From: Macrostomum lignano
Taxonomy: Eukaryota
Reading direction: 5' to 3'
Length of the DNA: 64,000 bases
NCBI GenBank assembly: GCA_002269645.1
Contig: NIVC01003477.1
Location: forward strand, 1-64,000
Shown piece by piece: positions 11,494-22,146 of the stretch. Within the stretch, counting starts at the first letter, position 1, and every line of letters starts with the position of its first letter. The notes beneath the pieces were generated by a model that made no database searches, was not told where the DNA came from, and was given only the letters and a program-made list of their open reading frames with translations. A program made the translations under genes and the position numbers.

Positions 11494-13491
11494 TGATGGG
11501 TTTCGACCTTCGGGCCCCTTGTTAGGGAAGCCTTCGGGCCTCAGGTCTCAGAAACAAATCACTTAGAGACCTGGCCCCCCACTCCTGTCAGATGGTCAGC
11601 CCCATGGTAGCTTGATCGTGTGGCGAGCAGTCTAGGTCCTATAGCTAAGAGAGGGACAGCGAGAGACAAGCAGGGAGAATTTTGAAGGTAGAAATTAGCT
11701 AATCCGCAGACTAAGCTAACTCGCTGCCACCAGCCCGTGCGTCCTGGCTCACCACACCGGGACTCTCGAAATCGGGCTTCCGACTAGAAGGGGCTTTGCG
11801 CTTACCTGCCAACTAGTGTCTTTTTGCTGTCAATCTCGAAGTCATAGCCGATGATAAGGGACACTGCTGGGACTAGATCGCATTGGCCATGCAGGTACAG
11901 AGGGGACTTGTGCAGGGGATTCTTGCAGTGGCGAGTCTATGGGGTAGCTACATGTACTATTACATTGCTAAATACGAAGATATGTACTTTTGGCCTTCAA
12001 CGCGCCAACTAGCCTCTCATAGCGCTGATGATAGACTAACTCGAACTTCAGAGACCTCGCATGATTCATTACCCGAGCCGCTTGGCTAACCTAGAGTGCA
12101 CAAAGTACATCTCTGGCGCCGATTCTGCACTTCTGGCAGTTTTGCTCACTGATTTGATTGATTGATCGACTGGGGACTGCCTGGCCATTGGTCCACTGTG
12201 ACCGGCGCCTACTAGCTTAGCCACTCATCTGAGCCATCAGCGAACAAAGAAATAAAACCGATAAAAATAACTGTTAGATTTAACCTTCTCCTTAGATCAC
12301 TTCACACCTCAGATTGAATTGGAGTTTCAGACTACTAGTAGTACGAGCGTATTATTAAGTGATTTCTGCCTCAGTAACAGCACTACTGAACAAAATGAGC
12401 AAAAGTGTGCGCCTAATTCAGCTACCGAAACAGGGGACAGATAGGGGATCACCCAATCAAGCAAGTCTAGGTAGCCTCTCACCCAACCAATCAGAAACTC
12501 AACAGCCGGAGACCAGGTAATCCACAGTGACCGAATCAGTTTGATGCTCTGCAGCTGTAGACTCGGGATGATGCTGACACAATCTTCGCTGATAGCTAGC
12601 AGGTGATGATCTTCGCTTGGTGTTCGCTGCTGACGACCGGGGGACTCGTCCTTGATGATGATGGGGGGAAGTCGCAATCCGGGGATCAAGAAACGACGGT
12701 CGCGCTCCGGGAACCAGAAGTTGCGTGCTGGGCTCGAGCAAGAGTTGCGTCCGAGCGGGCCAAAAACTCCGGTTTAAATAGCCGCCAACTGGACCGCAGT
12801 TTGTTATAATGAACACGTCGATTCTGATTGGCTGAGCCGTTTTGTTAAAATGAGCGCCGAATTTTCTGATTGGCTAAGCTTGTTGCTACCCAGAATCACG
12901 TGACCGAGAGATCCTATCAGTTCCCACAGGGTCGTAAAAAGATGACAGGTGCGGCCATAAATCACTCAAAATCGCAACAAAATGATTTATGACTTTTCGC
13001 GTAGGATTGACAGAAATTAATGAAAAAATATACATTAGAAAGCTCTTATTAAATAGAAAGTGAAGATAATGAAGAGAAATCGCTAATCGCTAATCCCAAA
13101 GTACTTTTAGGGGTAAAACGCATAGCTGTCAAAGCTGTCACACGCTTGAGTGAATCCGAACAATAGGCTCTGACGTCATAAATCTTGATGGCCTGTCAAA
13201 ATGATGAGAAAAAAGCTACCGCCCGCATCCTCTCAGACCATCTGGCGCCCGTCTCAACACTGAGTGAGGCGCAGGTGGCTGTCAGACCAACTTCGGAAGC
13301 GATGATTTACGACCCAAAAAGCTGCGCCTATGTTATTATGACTACTAGTATGGCCAGACATTATATCTAGTATAGATTCTATGACAATTTGCAGAAAAAG
13401 GATAAAAATGCCCATCGCCCACTGTTAGAAGGCTAGTAAGTTTCGAGCCCATGTGCTAGCGCGGGATTTGGGAAAAAGTGCGTCCTCATCA
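11494..13491. mobile_element. ~2.0 kb solo-LTR-like insertion (Gypsy-type termini)
   Basis: Begins TGATGGG and ends CCTCATCA (TG..CA, imperfect inverted termini). 4-bp TSD TAAC at 11490-11493 and 13492-13495. It interrupts one minisatellite unit (TGTGTAAC|ATT). No coding domain recognised. Contains CCAAT boxes, TCACGTGA and a TATTTAAA on the minus strand near 12770-12905. Confidence 0.75.
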
Positions 13492-13600
13492 TAACATTAA
13501 TCTCGTAGTGATCAAACTGTGTAGCATTGATCTGGTAGTGATCAAACTGTGTAGGGTGATCTCGCGGTGATTGAGCTCCGTAGCATTGAACCAGTGAACT
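13492..13600. repeat. Right part of the 29-31 bp minisatellite split by the insertion
   Basis: Same GTGATCAAACTGTGTAG unit, degenerating rightwards. Confidence 0.88.
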
Positions 13601-15791
13601 TGTAGTTTCGACGTAATTGGTACCTATGAAAGGTCTAAGTGTCAACAAAACTCTGAGTGGAATTGATTTTTATAATGCCGCGGCATTTCGCTATTGCACA
13701 TGTATTTGTAATTGTGTGAGGTTTACTCAGATAGTGTTGGGAAGCCGGCGAAAAAAGCATTTATAAGTTTACAAAAATATCTAATGTTGCTGTAATAGAT
13801 TGAGTCTTTTTTCATTACGTGAACATGCAGTCAGATGCTTTTCTCGGATCAATCTGGTGCATACTGACCCACAAGCTACATACAGTACATGCGCACTCTA
13901 TATAGCTCACTGTAGACTCGTATAGGTTAGACAGCGTCACGACAATCTGGCAGTTTTGATTAAATTATAACTCCAAAAATATACTGCTGTACACACGAGC
14001 TACGTTGGCCAGCGTTTACAATATCTATCGACGTCGCTTACAAAGATGTACTTTTATATTATTACATCGATGGATAACGATGATGTCATATACATGGATA
14101 AACTGAACGTCGGTGCAATGTGGTCTGACTTGCCGACGTCTAATTGATGTACCGGGTCTCTAGAAACTTATTCCCCTTAATCTGCATTTTGCTAACATGA
14201 TGACTAAAGGTATGATGACTGAAGTAAGATTGCAGGGTCAGATGGGGGTCGCGTTATCTGCGGGTGAGGATAGCGTGGGTCCTGGTAAGAGCGCAATTTA
14301 ACCGTCTGACGAGAAGGGGGCGCGCCGCTGCTAGCTGAGATATGTATTTATCATATGATATTTATATTTTTGAAGGGAACAAACCCAGGATGGCTATACG
14401 AAAACAAGCTCCGCTCTGATTGGGTGAGCTCCAGACCCCAAATACCTCCCTCCATCGGGCAACATCACGGATCCCATGGAACTTGAGAGGCAACGATAAA
14501 GCTACGTACATGTAGTATAAAGGCATCCGGCCTGCTGGCACTGAAAAAAACACAAGTGACAGTTTCGGGCCCACAAATCATAGCTGAAAGTAAAGCAAGG
14601 AAAGTTAAGCTGAGTGAGCAGAGGTAAACTGCAATTAACGATTGCGAGTAGGGCGAAGAAAATTTAGGCACATGTACTGCATGTCAGTGTGACAGTGTTG
14701 ACTTAGTTGTAAAATGTCATTAATTGTTTTTACTGTGAGTAAATGTATTATATTTTGTATAACTTCTGTGTACATTCTTGCATCGACTAATTTTATATAT
14801 CGGCAAGTGATAAATTTCTAACAAATCGATAATTTTGCCCAGCGCCCATCGTAACTTCCAGCCAATCATAATTCACTGTACCATCTATCGTTTGATCTAT
14901 TATAACTCGTTTTTCGTCCGCTACTCAAAAAACTTGGCCAACTCAGCAAGCTAAATATATCGCTTCTTGGACTACTACTTTGCATATTCTGTTCTGTTCA
15001 GTCTTGTCCTGTCAAGGACTGCTACGCTGCGCTAGATTAATTCGTCACATAACAACATGGTAAAGTTTTTTATTGTACATTAATATTCTTACTGGCAAAC
15101 AGTGTCGTGTGAGGGGCGGCATGCTTTGCATACTGTAATACCCTTCGGCCGGTTAGGTTTGATTTGCGGCTGCACTGGGTGCTCGATCAAGCTAGCTGCC
15201 GCATACGTCCGACCGCATGGACGTCTTGGCCCAAGAATCATAAAAGGCATATTTTTGATCGTATTATATAATTAGAATTGGCAGCAGGTTGACTTTTAGA
15301 AGGCTAAACAACACGGCAAAAACAATTCGTATAATATATTATACATGAATACATGTAGATCCATACAAACAAAAACCGGCTATCTATAAATTAAAAAGGG
15401 AAGAACAAGCCTCAGAATCATAAAAAGATCGAAAAACCTAAACTATCCTACGAGTACCAATAGTATGAGAAAAGTATGAGAAAAGGAGATAGAAACTCTA
15501 AGATAAAAAAGCGGAATCATCAACTGAATTTACCAACGAAGTAATAATTCACTGTAAGATATAATTGTACGTAAAACAAGAAATTGGTCACCAAAGCAGT
15601 TAACGTTAGACTTTAGAAAGCAAAACAATAGCTTTTACGAAATAAAAAAACTGATTTATACTTTGAAACCGATTTACGAATAGGTACTGTCAACATTTAG
15701 CTAGCAATCTTTAGTACAGCTTTGTTTAATGTAGCATGATAATTCCCGCGAAATTGAAAACGAAGAAATATTTTTGAAGGCTGTGATGTAC

Positions 15792-16567
15792 ATGTGTGGG
15801 TTCCCCGACAGATATTCACCCGACAGATACTTTTTTCTTCGGGCAGATAATTCAAACAAAAAATGAATTTATGTTTCGGGATACATTTCTTACTCTGACG
15901 CCATATTCAGCTTTAAAAATTTGTAAGCAGAATTTTTCTGACCCAAAGAAAAAAAATTGGCATGAATGCAAAGTGTGTCAAAAGACGAATTCATTGGCAC
16001 CCCTTACAAACACATTTTGGAAGCAAATATCTCGGGAAATACAAAAGTGAATCATGTGTCTAAGATGTCATTGCAAAGCTGAGACATGCGTCAAGAAGTG
16101 ATAAAAGTTTCAGAGCAAATGATTGAGGCATTGAGACGCAGCGATAAATCAAAGTTTTGGTTTATCTTGGTTGAAGATCGTTGATCAACAAAAACTTTGA
16201 TTTATCGCTGCGTCTCAATGCTTCAATCATTTGGTCTGAAACTTTTATCACTTCTTGACGCATGTCTCAGCTTTGCAATGACATCTTAGACACATGATTC
16301 CTTTTTGTATTTCCTGAGATATTTGCTTCTAAAATGTGTTTGCAAGGGGTGCCAATGAATTCGTCTTTTGACACACTTTGCATTCATGCCAATTTTTTTT
16401 TTCTTTGGGTCAGAAAAATTCTGCTTACAAATTTTTAAAGCTGAATATGGCGTCAGAGTAAGAAATGTATCCCGAAACATAAATTCATTTTTTGTTTGAA
16501 TTATCTGCCCGAAGAAAAAAATATCTGTCGGGACGTCGGGTGAATATCTGTCGGGGAACCCACACAT
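15792..16567. mobile_element. Foldback (near-complete palindrome) non-autonomous DNA element, Mutator-like, 776 bp
   Basis: Arms of ~370 bp are inverted copies (ATGTGTGGGTTCCCCGACAGATA...), which is why ORFs 15796+ and 16286- are near-identical. Exact 9-bp TSD GTGATGTAC at 15783-15791 and 16568-16576. Confidence 0.9.
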
Positions 16568-17876
16568 GTGATGTACTGATGATAATTATGTATAGTTTTC
16601 GAATATCGATCTGTCATCTGAATATCGATTGGGAAACAAATGCGTATAATAATACGGTCCAGCATGGAATGTAAATATTTTTTGGCTCCCCGCCTAGAAA
16701 AGTGAGGGTTCCGTCACTGTCGGCGCCGACCCCAGTTAAAAAATCCTGAACTGACCACTGTAAATGCAAGATAGGCGATAGGCCTACCGACTGCGCCTGT
16801 CATCTGTGACTGAGACTGTGAGTGTAACCCTGTGACTGACGTCTGTCTGACTGCTGTAGCCGTAGCGGACCTAATCGGGCTAATGTCAATGAGTAATGTT
16901 AATAATTACTTCGTATTTTTCTATAGGCCTAGGCCTATCTATGAAGATTAGAGCCCATGCCTTGTACCAGACAGAGCCCTGTGCATCAGGGTGATGAGGA
17001 AGAGGAACCTGTAGTCTAAGTCAGTCTTGTAGGCCTACTTCAGTACTTGTAGTGCTTCCATACTATCTTATATCTAGGCCTATTTTACGAGTATACGAGT
17101 ATTTTACAATTTTCCAATGTAGGGTAGGCCTTAGGGCATTGTAGGCCCTATAACAATCTGATTATTAGGATAGGCTAGATGATTGTCAAATGTCAAGTTC
17201 TGTTCATTAAATTATATTGACTGTGTTTAAAATTTTGATATTGACTTATATGTAATGTAGGGGCCTAGGCAGTAGGCCTAGGCCTAGTAACAAGGTCCAA
17301 AGAGTAAAATAGGCAAATATATCACAGTCATAGCAAATCATCTATTGGTGGCCTGCCTAGCAGCTGTGGCAGCTAATGCTGCATTAGTATAGACCTAGTA
17401 GCTAGTAGGCCTATAATTCTTGCTGTTTGGCACCAAGAAACCCAGTAAAATGCGGAATTCACAATGGAATTGGAATAGAATAGCATAGACCATAGTAAAA
17501 TGTAGAATCCACAATAAAATGGTAAATTATGGAATCAATTGCAAAAATCCACTAACTTGAACAAAGTAAAATGCAAAATATAGGCCTAGGTCCTAGGAAT
17601 AAAAAAATTGAATTATAAATATATATAGCTTTGCCTATATCAATGTAAATATGAGAAAGATATATAAAGAAATTTTAATATGATTCTATATCAAAGCAAA
17701 TTGAAATAATAATAGTGCATCTATTAGGTGTACTCAAAGTAATAAATTTAAGTACTTTGTTCTTGTAAATAATAGGCTATAGCTGATAGATATATAAAAT
17801 ATTACCTTAATTTTCTCTCTAATACTTTGGTCAAATTTTGAAGGCTTTTTTATTAAAATATATTTATAGTTCATAG

Positions 17877-18048
17877 CATGCTTGGGTGCAACCTAGGGAT
17901 TCACCTGGCCGTTTCTATTGGCAACACACACATGTAAGTCACTATTAGACAGAATAGTAGTCACGTGACTGCTCTCAGCCAATAGCAACTTACATGTGTG
18001 TGTTGCCAATAGAAATGGCTGGGTGAATCCCTAGGTTGCGCATGTATG
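17877..18048 (+). mobile_element. 172-bp palindromic hAT-type MITE, copy 1
   Basis: Ends CATGCTTGGGTGCAAC / GTTGCGCATGTATG. 8-bp TSD GTTCATAG at 17869-17876 and 18049-18056. Internal palindrome centred on GTCACGTGAC. Confidence 0.9.
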
Positions 18049-18251
18049 GTTCATAGGCCTAATGTGCTTTAGCTACCTAGGCCCTAGTCCTACCCTATAT
18101 TTGCATTTTAATTAAAGTTAGTAAAATATGCAATTCATTCTATATTACTATTCCACTGCATTTTCTGCATTTTATTAAGCTATTCCATTCTGATTTTGCT
18201 GCAGATTTTACATTTTACTAGGTGCCATAAATCAGTTAGTATAGTTCTAAT

Positions 18252-18548
18252 CATATATGCGCAACAGTTGGCCAAGTCGGCCGATACGGCCGACTGATTT
18301 GGCAGCCAACCAAGGAAGTCGCAAAAATGCCAACCCTAATAAATACCCAAGTAGTAGTACTAAGTAGCTGACGAGGCATTTTGGCCTTATAAGACAGTCA
18401 TAGTTACTCCCGTCGTTTACCTAAAGTTGCGTTAATTTTGCTTTAGGGTTTTTTTACATGTAAGTGGCATTTTGGCCAAAAACTATGTCGCATTTTTGTT
18501 AAAACTAAGTTGCACGGCCGACCGAATTTTGGAAGTTGCGCATGTATG
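18252..18548. mobile_element. 297-bp hAT-type MITE sharing the CATAYATGCGCAAC terminus and carrying a 28S rRNA fragment
   Basis: Ends CATATATGCGCAAC / GTTGCGCATGTATG; inner inverted GTCGGCCG. 8-bp TSD GTTCTAAT at 18244-18251 and 18549-18556. Confidence 0.87.
18360..18421 (-). pseudogene. Degenerate ~62-nt fragment of 28S (LSU) rRNA conserved core spanning the R2 target site
   Basis: Minus strand reads GGTAAACGACGGGAGTAACTATGACTGTCTTATAAGGCCAAAATGCCTCGTCAGCTACTTAG. The conserved eukaryotic 28S sequence is GGTAAACGGCGGGAGTAACTATGACTCTCTTAAGGTAGCCAAATGCCTCGTCATCTAATTAG. Confidence 0.85.
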
Positions 18549-19693
18549 GTTCTAATCTAGGTGTCTCTTACCTAAAAAGAGTCCTTCCAAATAAATATTT
18601 AAACAAATAATAGAACTTGACAATTGTTGATTTTTATAGCCTATCCCCTTATAAATATTTTTGTATTATGCAATATAACAAATTTATATAATGCATCTAC
18701 AAATTTGTACTAGCCTAGCTATTTGACTTTTAGGGCCACTATGACAAGTTCTTATAGTTATAATATTATATCATAGTATATATATACCATTTTGAAATCT
18801 AAGCCTTGGCTAGAACTAAAGCTAAATCAATGTATATGGAAGGATATAGAAGGGATAGGCTATTATGATCTAGGTTTATTTTTTGTCAAAATTGTTATGC
18901 CATTTGGAATAATAGCATCAAAATTGTTATGCCATTTTTTTATTTTGACATGTCATGGCATGTCTATAACACAAAAAACCCAGATTATGATTCTATTACC
19001 AAATTAAAATTGAATATATAAGCCTAGGCGTAGTCTATTACAAAAGTACTAAAGTGTTAGTTAATAGGCCTAATTACTAAAATAGGCAAAATCTAATTTG
19101 ATTGCCTTTTGGTTTTTTTTTCTTTTCCTTTTTCTCTTATATTTTCTTTTTCCCTTCTTTTTTGCCCCCTTTTCTCTCCTTTTCCCCTTCCTTTCTCTTT
19201 CTTTTTCCCTTTTTCCTTTTCCTTATTCTCATTTTCTCATTTTTTCTTTCTTTATATATCTCTTCTTATATTGTTGAAGTAGGCCTAGCTTAAGTTAAAA
19301 TCTCCATTTCCTATTGAGATCTTTTATGAGGGTGATAGCTTATTTAACAGGTTGTTTCCAAAAAGCCTCCTTTGTAATATAGCCTTCTTTGACAGTAGCA
19401 AAAGCTGAATGGCTTCCTCATTGGCTTCATTTATTTTAATTAAAGCATAATCAACAATAAATAATGTCAATAGTAAAAATGTTATTGAGTCCTTGACCCT
19501 AAGGACTTATAAGCTCTCTTTGCAATGAAAATAAAAACATTTATTTTAACTTTAGTCTTCTTTCCCATTCCAATCCCAGTATGTATATAGTGCCAAAAAT
19601 TTGTCTTTGTTACTTAAATCCCTGATTTTAAAAATTTAAAAGCTGTCTTTGCATGAAAGTAAAAACATTTATCTTAACATTAGCCTTTATACT

Positions 19694-19865
19694 CATACAT
19701 GCGCAACTTTGGGAATCACCCGGCCGTTTCTATTGGCAACACACACATGTAAGTCGCTATTGGCTGAGAGCAGTCACGTGACTACTATTCTGTCCAATAG
19801 CGACTTACATGTGTATGTTGCCAATAGAAACGGCCGAGTGAATCCCAAGGTTGCGCCCAAGCATG
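19694..19865 (-). mobile_element. 172-bp palindromic hAT-type MITE, copy 2 (opposite orientation)
   Basis: Reverse-complement match to 17877-18048 and the same length. It has its own 8-bp TSD, TTTATACT, at 19686-19693 and 19866-19873. Confidence 0.9.
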
Positions 19866-19989
19866 TTTATACTATCTAATAATAATGTGCATATGGCAAT
19901 CTTGCTATAGACATGATACAGTATTCTAGCATTGGCACTTAGCTAACAAGTGCTATTTAAAGCTATAGCATATGCAGGGTTGCTATGGT

Positions 19990-20490
19990 AATATAGCTCT
20001 ATTGACTAGCTCTAGCTGTTGGCCTCTACTTCTGCAATTTCTACTACTTGAGCAATTTCTTTTGCCTTTTCCAATGTCAAGGTATTGATAGCCAATAACC
20101 ACTTTTGCACTTATAGCTCATAGAGTCTGCTGACAAAGCAGTCAAATAGTGGATCTTCTAGAAAAGTCCCAAAGTAATAGGTCTTTGACTAGACTTTGGA
20201 AGGTAGCCAGAAACTGCATATCCAGCTTTATCTTTCTGAATTTATTTGTAAAAGCAAAAATTCTTAGCAATAAAGCTAGCTTCTTTGGCTAGAAATGGTC
20301 TTTGAGTAGCTTTACCAACCCTGTAAGACTAGTCAAAAGGCTTCTTTGGCAAGCACAGATTTGGCAAGTCAGGAAACTACCTTAATTTTGGTTTTCATTC
20401 TTGATTCTGTTTGTGCTTATATAGAAGGCTATATGCTCTATCAATCTTTCCCCTTTTGAAAGGGTTCAACTATATTGATAATGGAGATCC
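19990..20490 (-). pseudogene. Hypermutated Gypsy (Mag-like) gag remnant
   Basis: Minus-strand frames with stops and frameshifts give IVEPFSKGKD*, NLCLPKKPFD*S, LVKLLKDHF*P, IAKNFCFYK*IQ, YFGTFLEDPLFDCFVSRL and VQKWLLAINTLTLEKAKEIAQVVEIA. These are colinear with Gypsy gag and with the intact element at 43697-47695 ([13 protein letters not shown]...LEDHYAP). Confidence 0.75.
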
Positions 20491-22146
20491 TTGACACTAC
20501 TATAGAGATTTAGCTCTGAATTAAAAAGACAATTTATATGTGCATTAGACTATATATAATAAAGTTTGTAATTGCTTATAGAGGCACTAGGCCCTAAGGC
20601 TATTTTATTTATTCCACTGCTCCCTTGCTAATGGAACATAATCTGATAGGCATTTAATTGTTTAGGGAGGATGCAAAGTGCAAATTGACAGACTTATATA
20701 TTAGACTTATATATATATATTGGCTGAATAGTGATTACCATATAGCCAAATAGACTAATGTCTAATGGGACTATGGAGTGCAAGTCATAGATAGACAGAC
20801 TATGCATATAAAATTCAAAAAGACTCAAATCTCAATTAAAAATTCAAATTCAAAAGAAAATATAAAAAATAGGAACAAGTCAGTGTTAGTTGGTCAAATT
20901 GAGCCATTATCAATTGCCTATCCACTAAGGCAATAAAGGACATATATAAATATATAGCTAAACCACTTTACTTGTTGCAGAGATACAACCAAAAATTCTA
21001 TCTAATAAATTTATGATGATTTGTTGATAGGCTGCCATTGACTGATGCTATTCAACTTTGCTCTTAAAATGATAAAACTTAACTATTATACTATTTATTT
21101 ACAAAAAATCTCTGTTAAAATAGAATGTAACTTTCTTTTGAAAACCAAATCTATGCAAATGCAATCACTTAGAGACAATTTTGGCCTTAGATAGTCTGAA
21201 TTTAATTTTGTATAAGAATTAGACCCTAAGATTTTAAAATTAAATTTTAAATTGAAGAACTTTAAGAAGAAACTTTAAGAACTTTAAATTTTTAAATTGA
21301 AGTTCTGCTTGTTTCTTTTGAACTAGACTTTGTTCAAAATAGGAGGTAAATTATCAAAAGAGTCTATTTATAAATATCTATAGTACTACAGATATAAAGA
21401 ATCTTTATCAACTTAATATATAGAAAACAATTGCCTGCATTTACTTGCCAAATTGCATTCTATTATTGCATTATATCTTTGCTATTCTAGCATGTTGTAT
21501 GATCATTTACCCTACTATCTTTACCCTACTATTAATATGCCTAAATACCATCACCTTTGCTATATGCTAACACCTCTACAAAGTTAGACATTGCCATTTT
21601 TTCAGTGGATTAGTGGTTAGTGCTGTTATTCTAATTTCCAAAATTTTGTTATTGACTACTTTAGTAGACTATTATTTTAAGTCCAAATTAGTAAAAGCTT
21701 TGCTAATTCATTGTCCTTTTATTTTGCCATTTTTTATTTATTCTCTAAAAATTGTTTTTTATTTGTTATTTCTACTATTTCAAAATAAATAAAGAGAACA
21801 AGACTAAATAGTGCAGCAACATAATCTGAAAAAATATGTCTTTTTTTAAATTCCAATATAAATATGTGCTTTAGATCTTAGATGCAAGAAAAGTCATATG
21901 CCATCAAAATATTACAACATTCTATGTTTGTATGTTAATTGTTAAAGCTATAACAAAAGAAGCTATACAAATGTAAACATACTCATTTAAATATATTTAA
22001 TTGGATTTCTGTTAATTTGAAAAGTCAACTTCAAGTGAGACACAAGGCCAATATTGTGCCTTTAGTGGCATTGTAAAAAAATTGACTTGGTTGGCCAACT
22101 ATTCAAGCCTTGAAGTTGAGAGAATTATTAATAATTAGTGAAACAT

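Noticed and set aside
14198-14340. Box C/D snoRNA candidate (TGATGA ... CTGA)
   Set aside because: No terminal stem and no recognisable rRNA-antisense element; the boxes are short enough to occur by chance.
17877-19865. Single composite transposon bounded by two inverted 172-bp repeats
   Set aside because: Each copy has its own distinct 8-bp TSD, so they are independent insertions.
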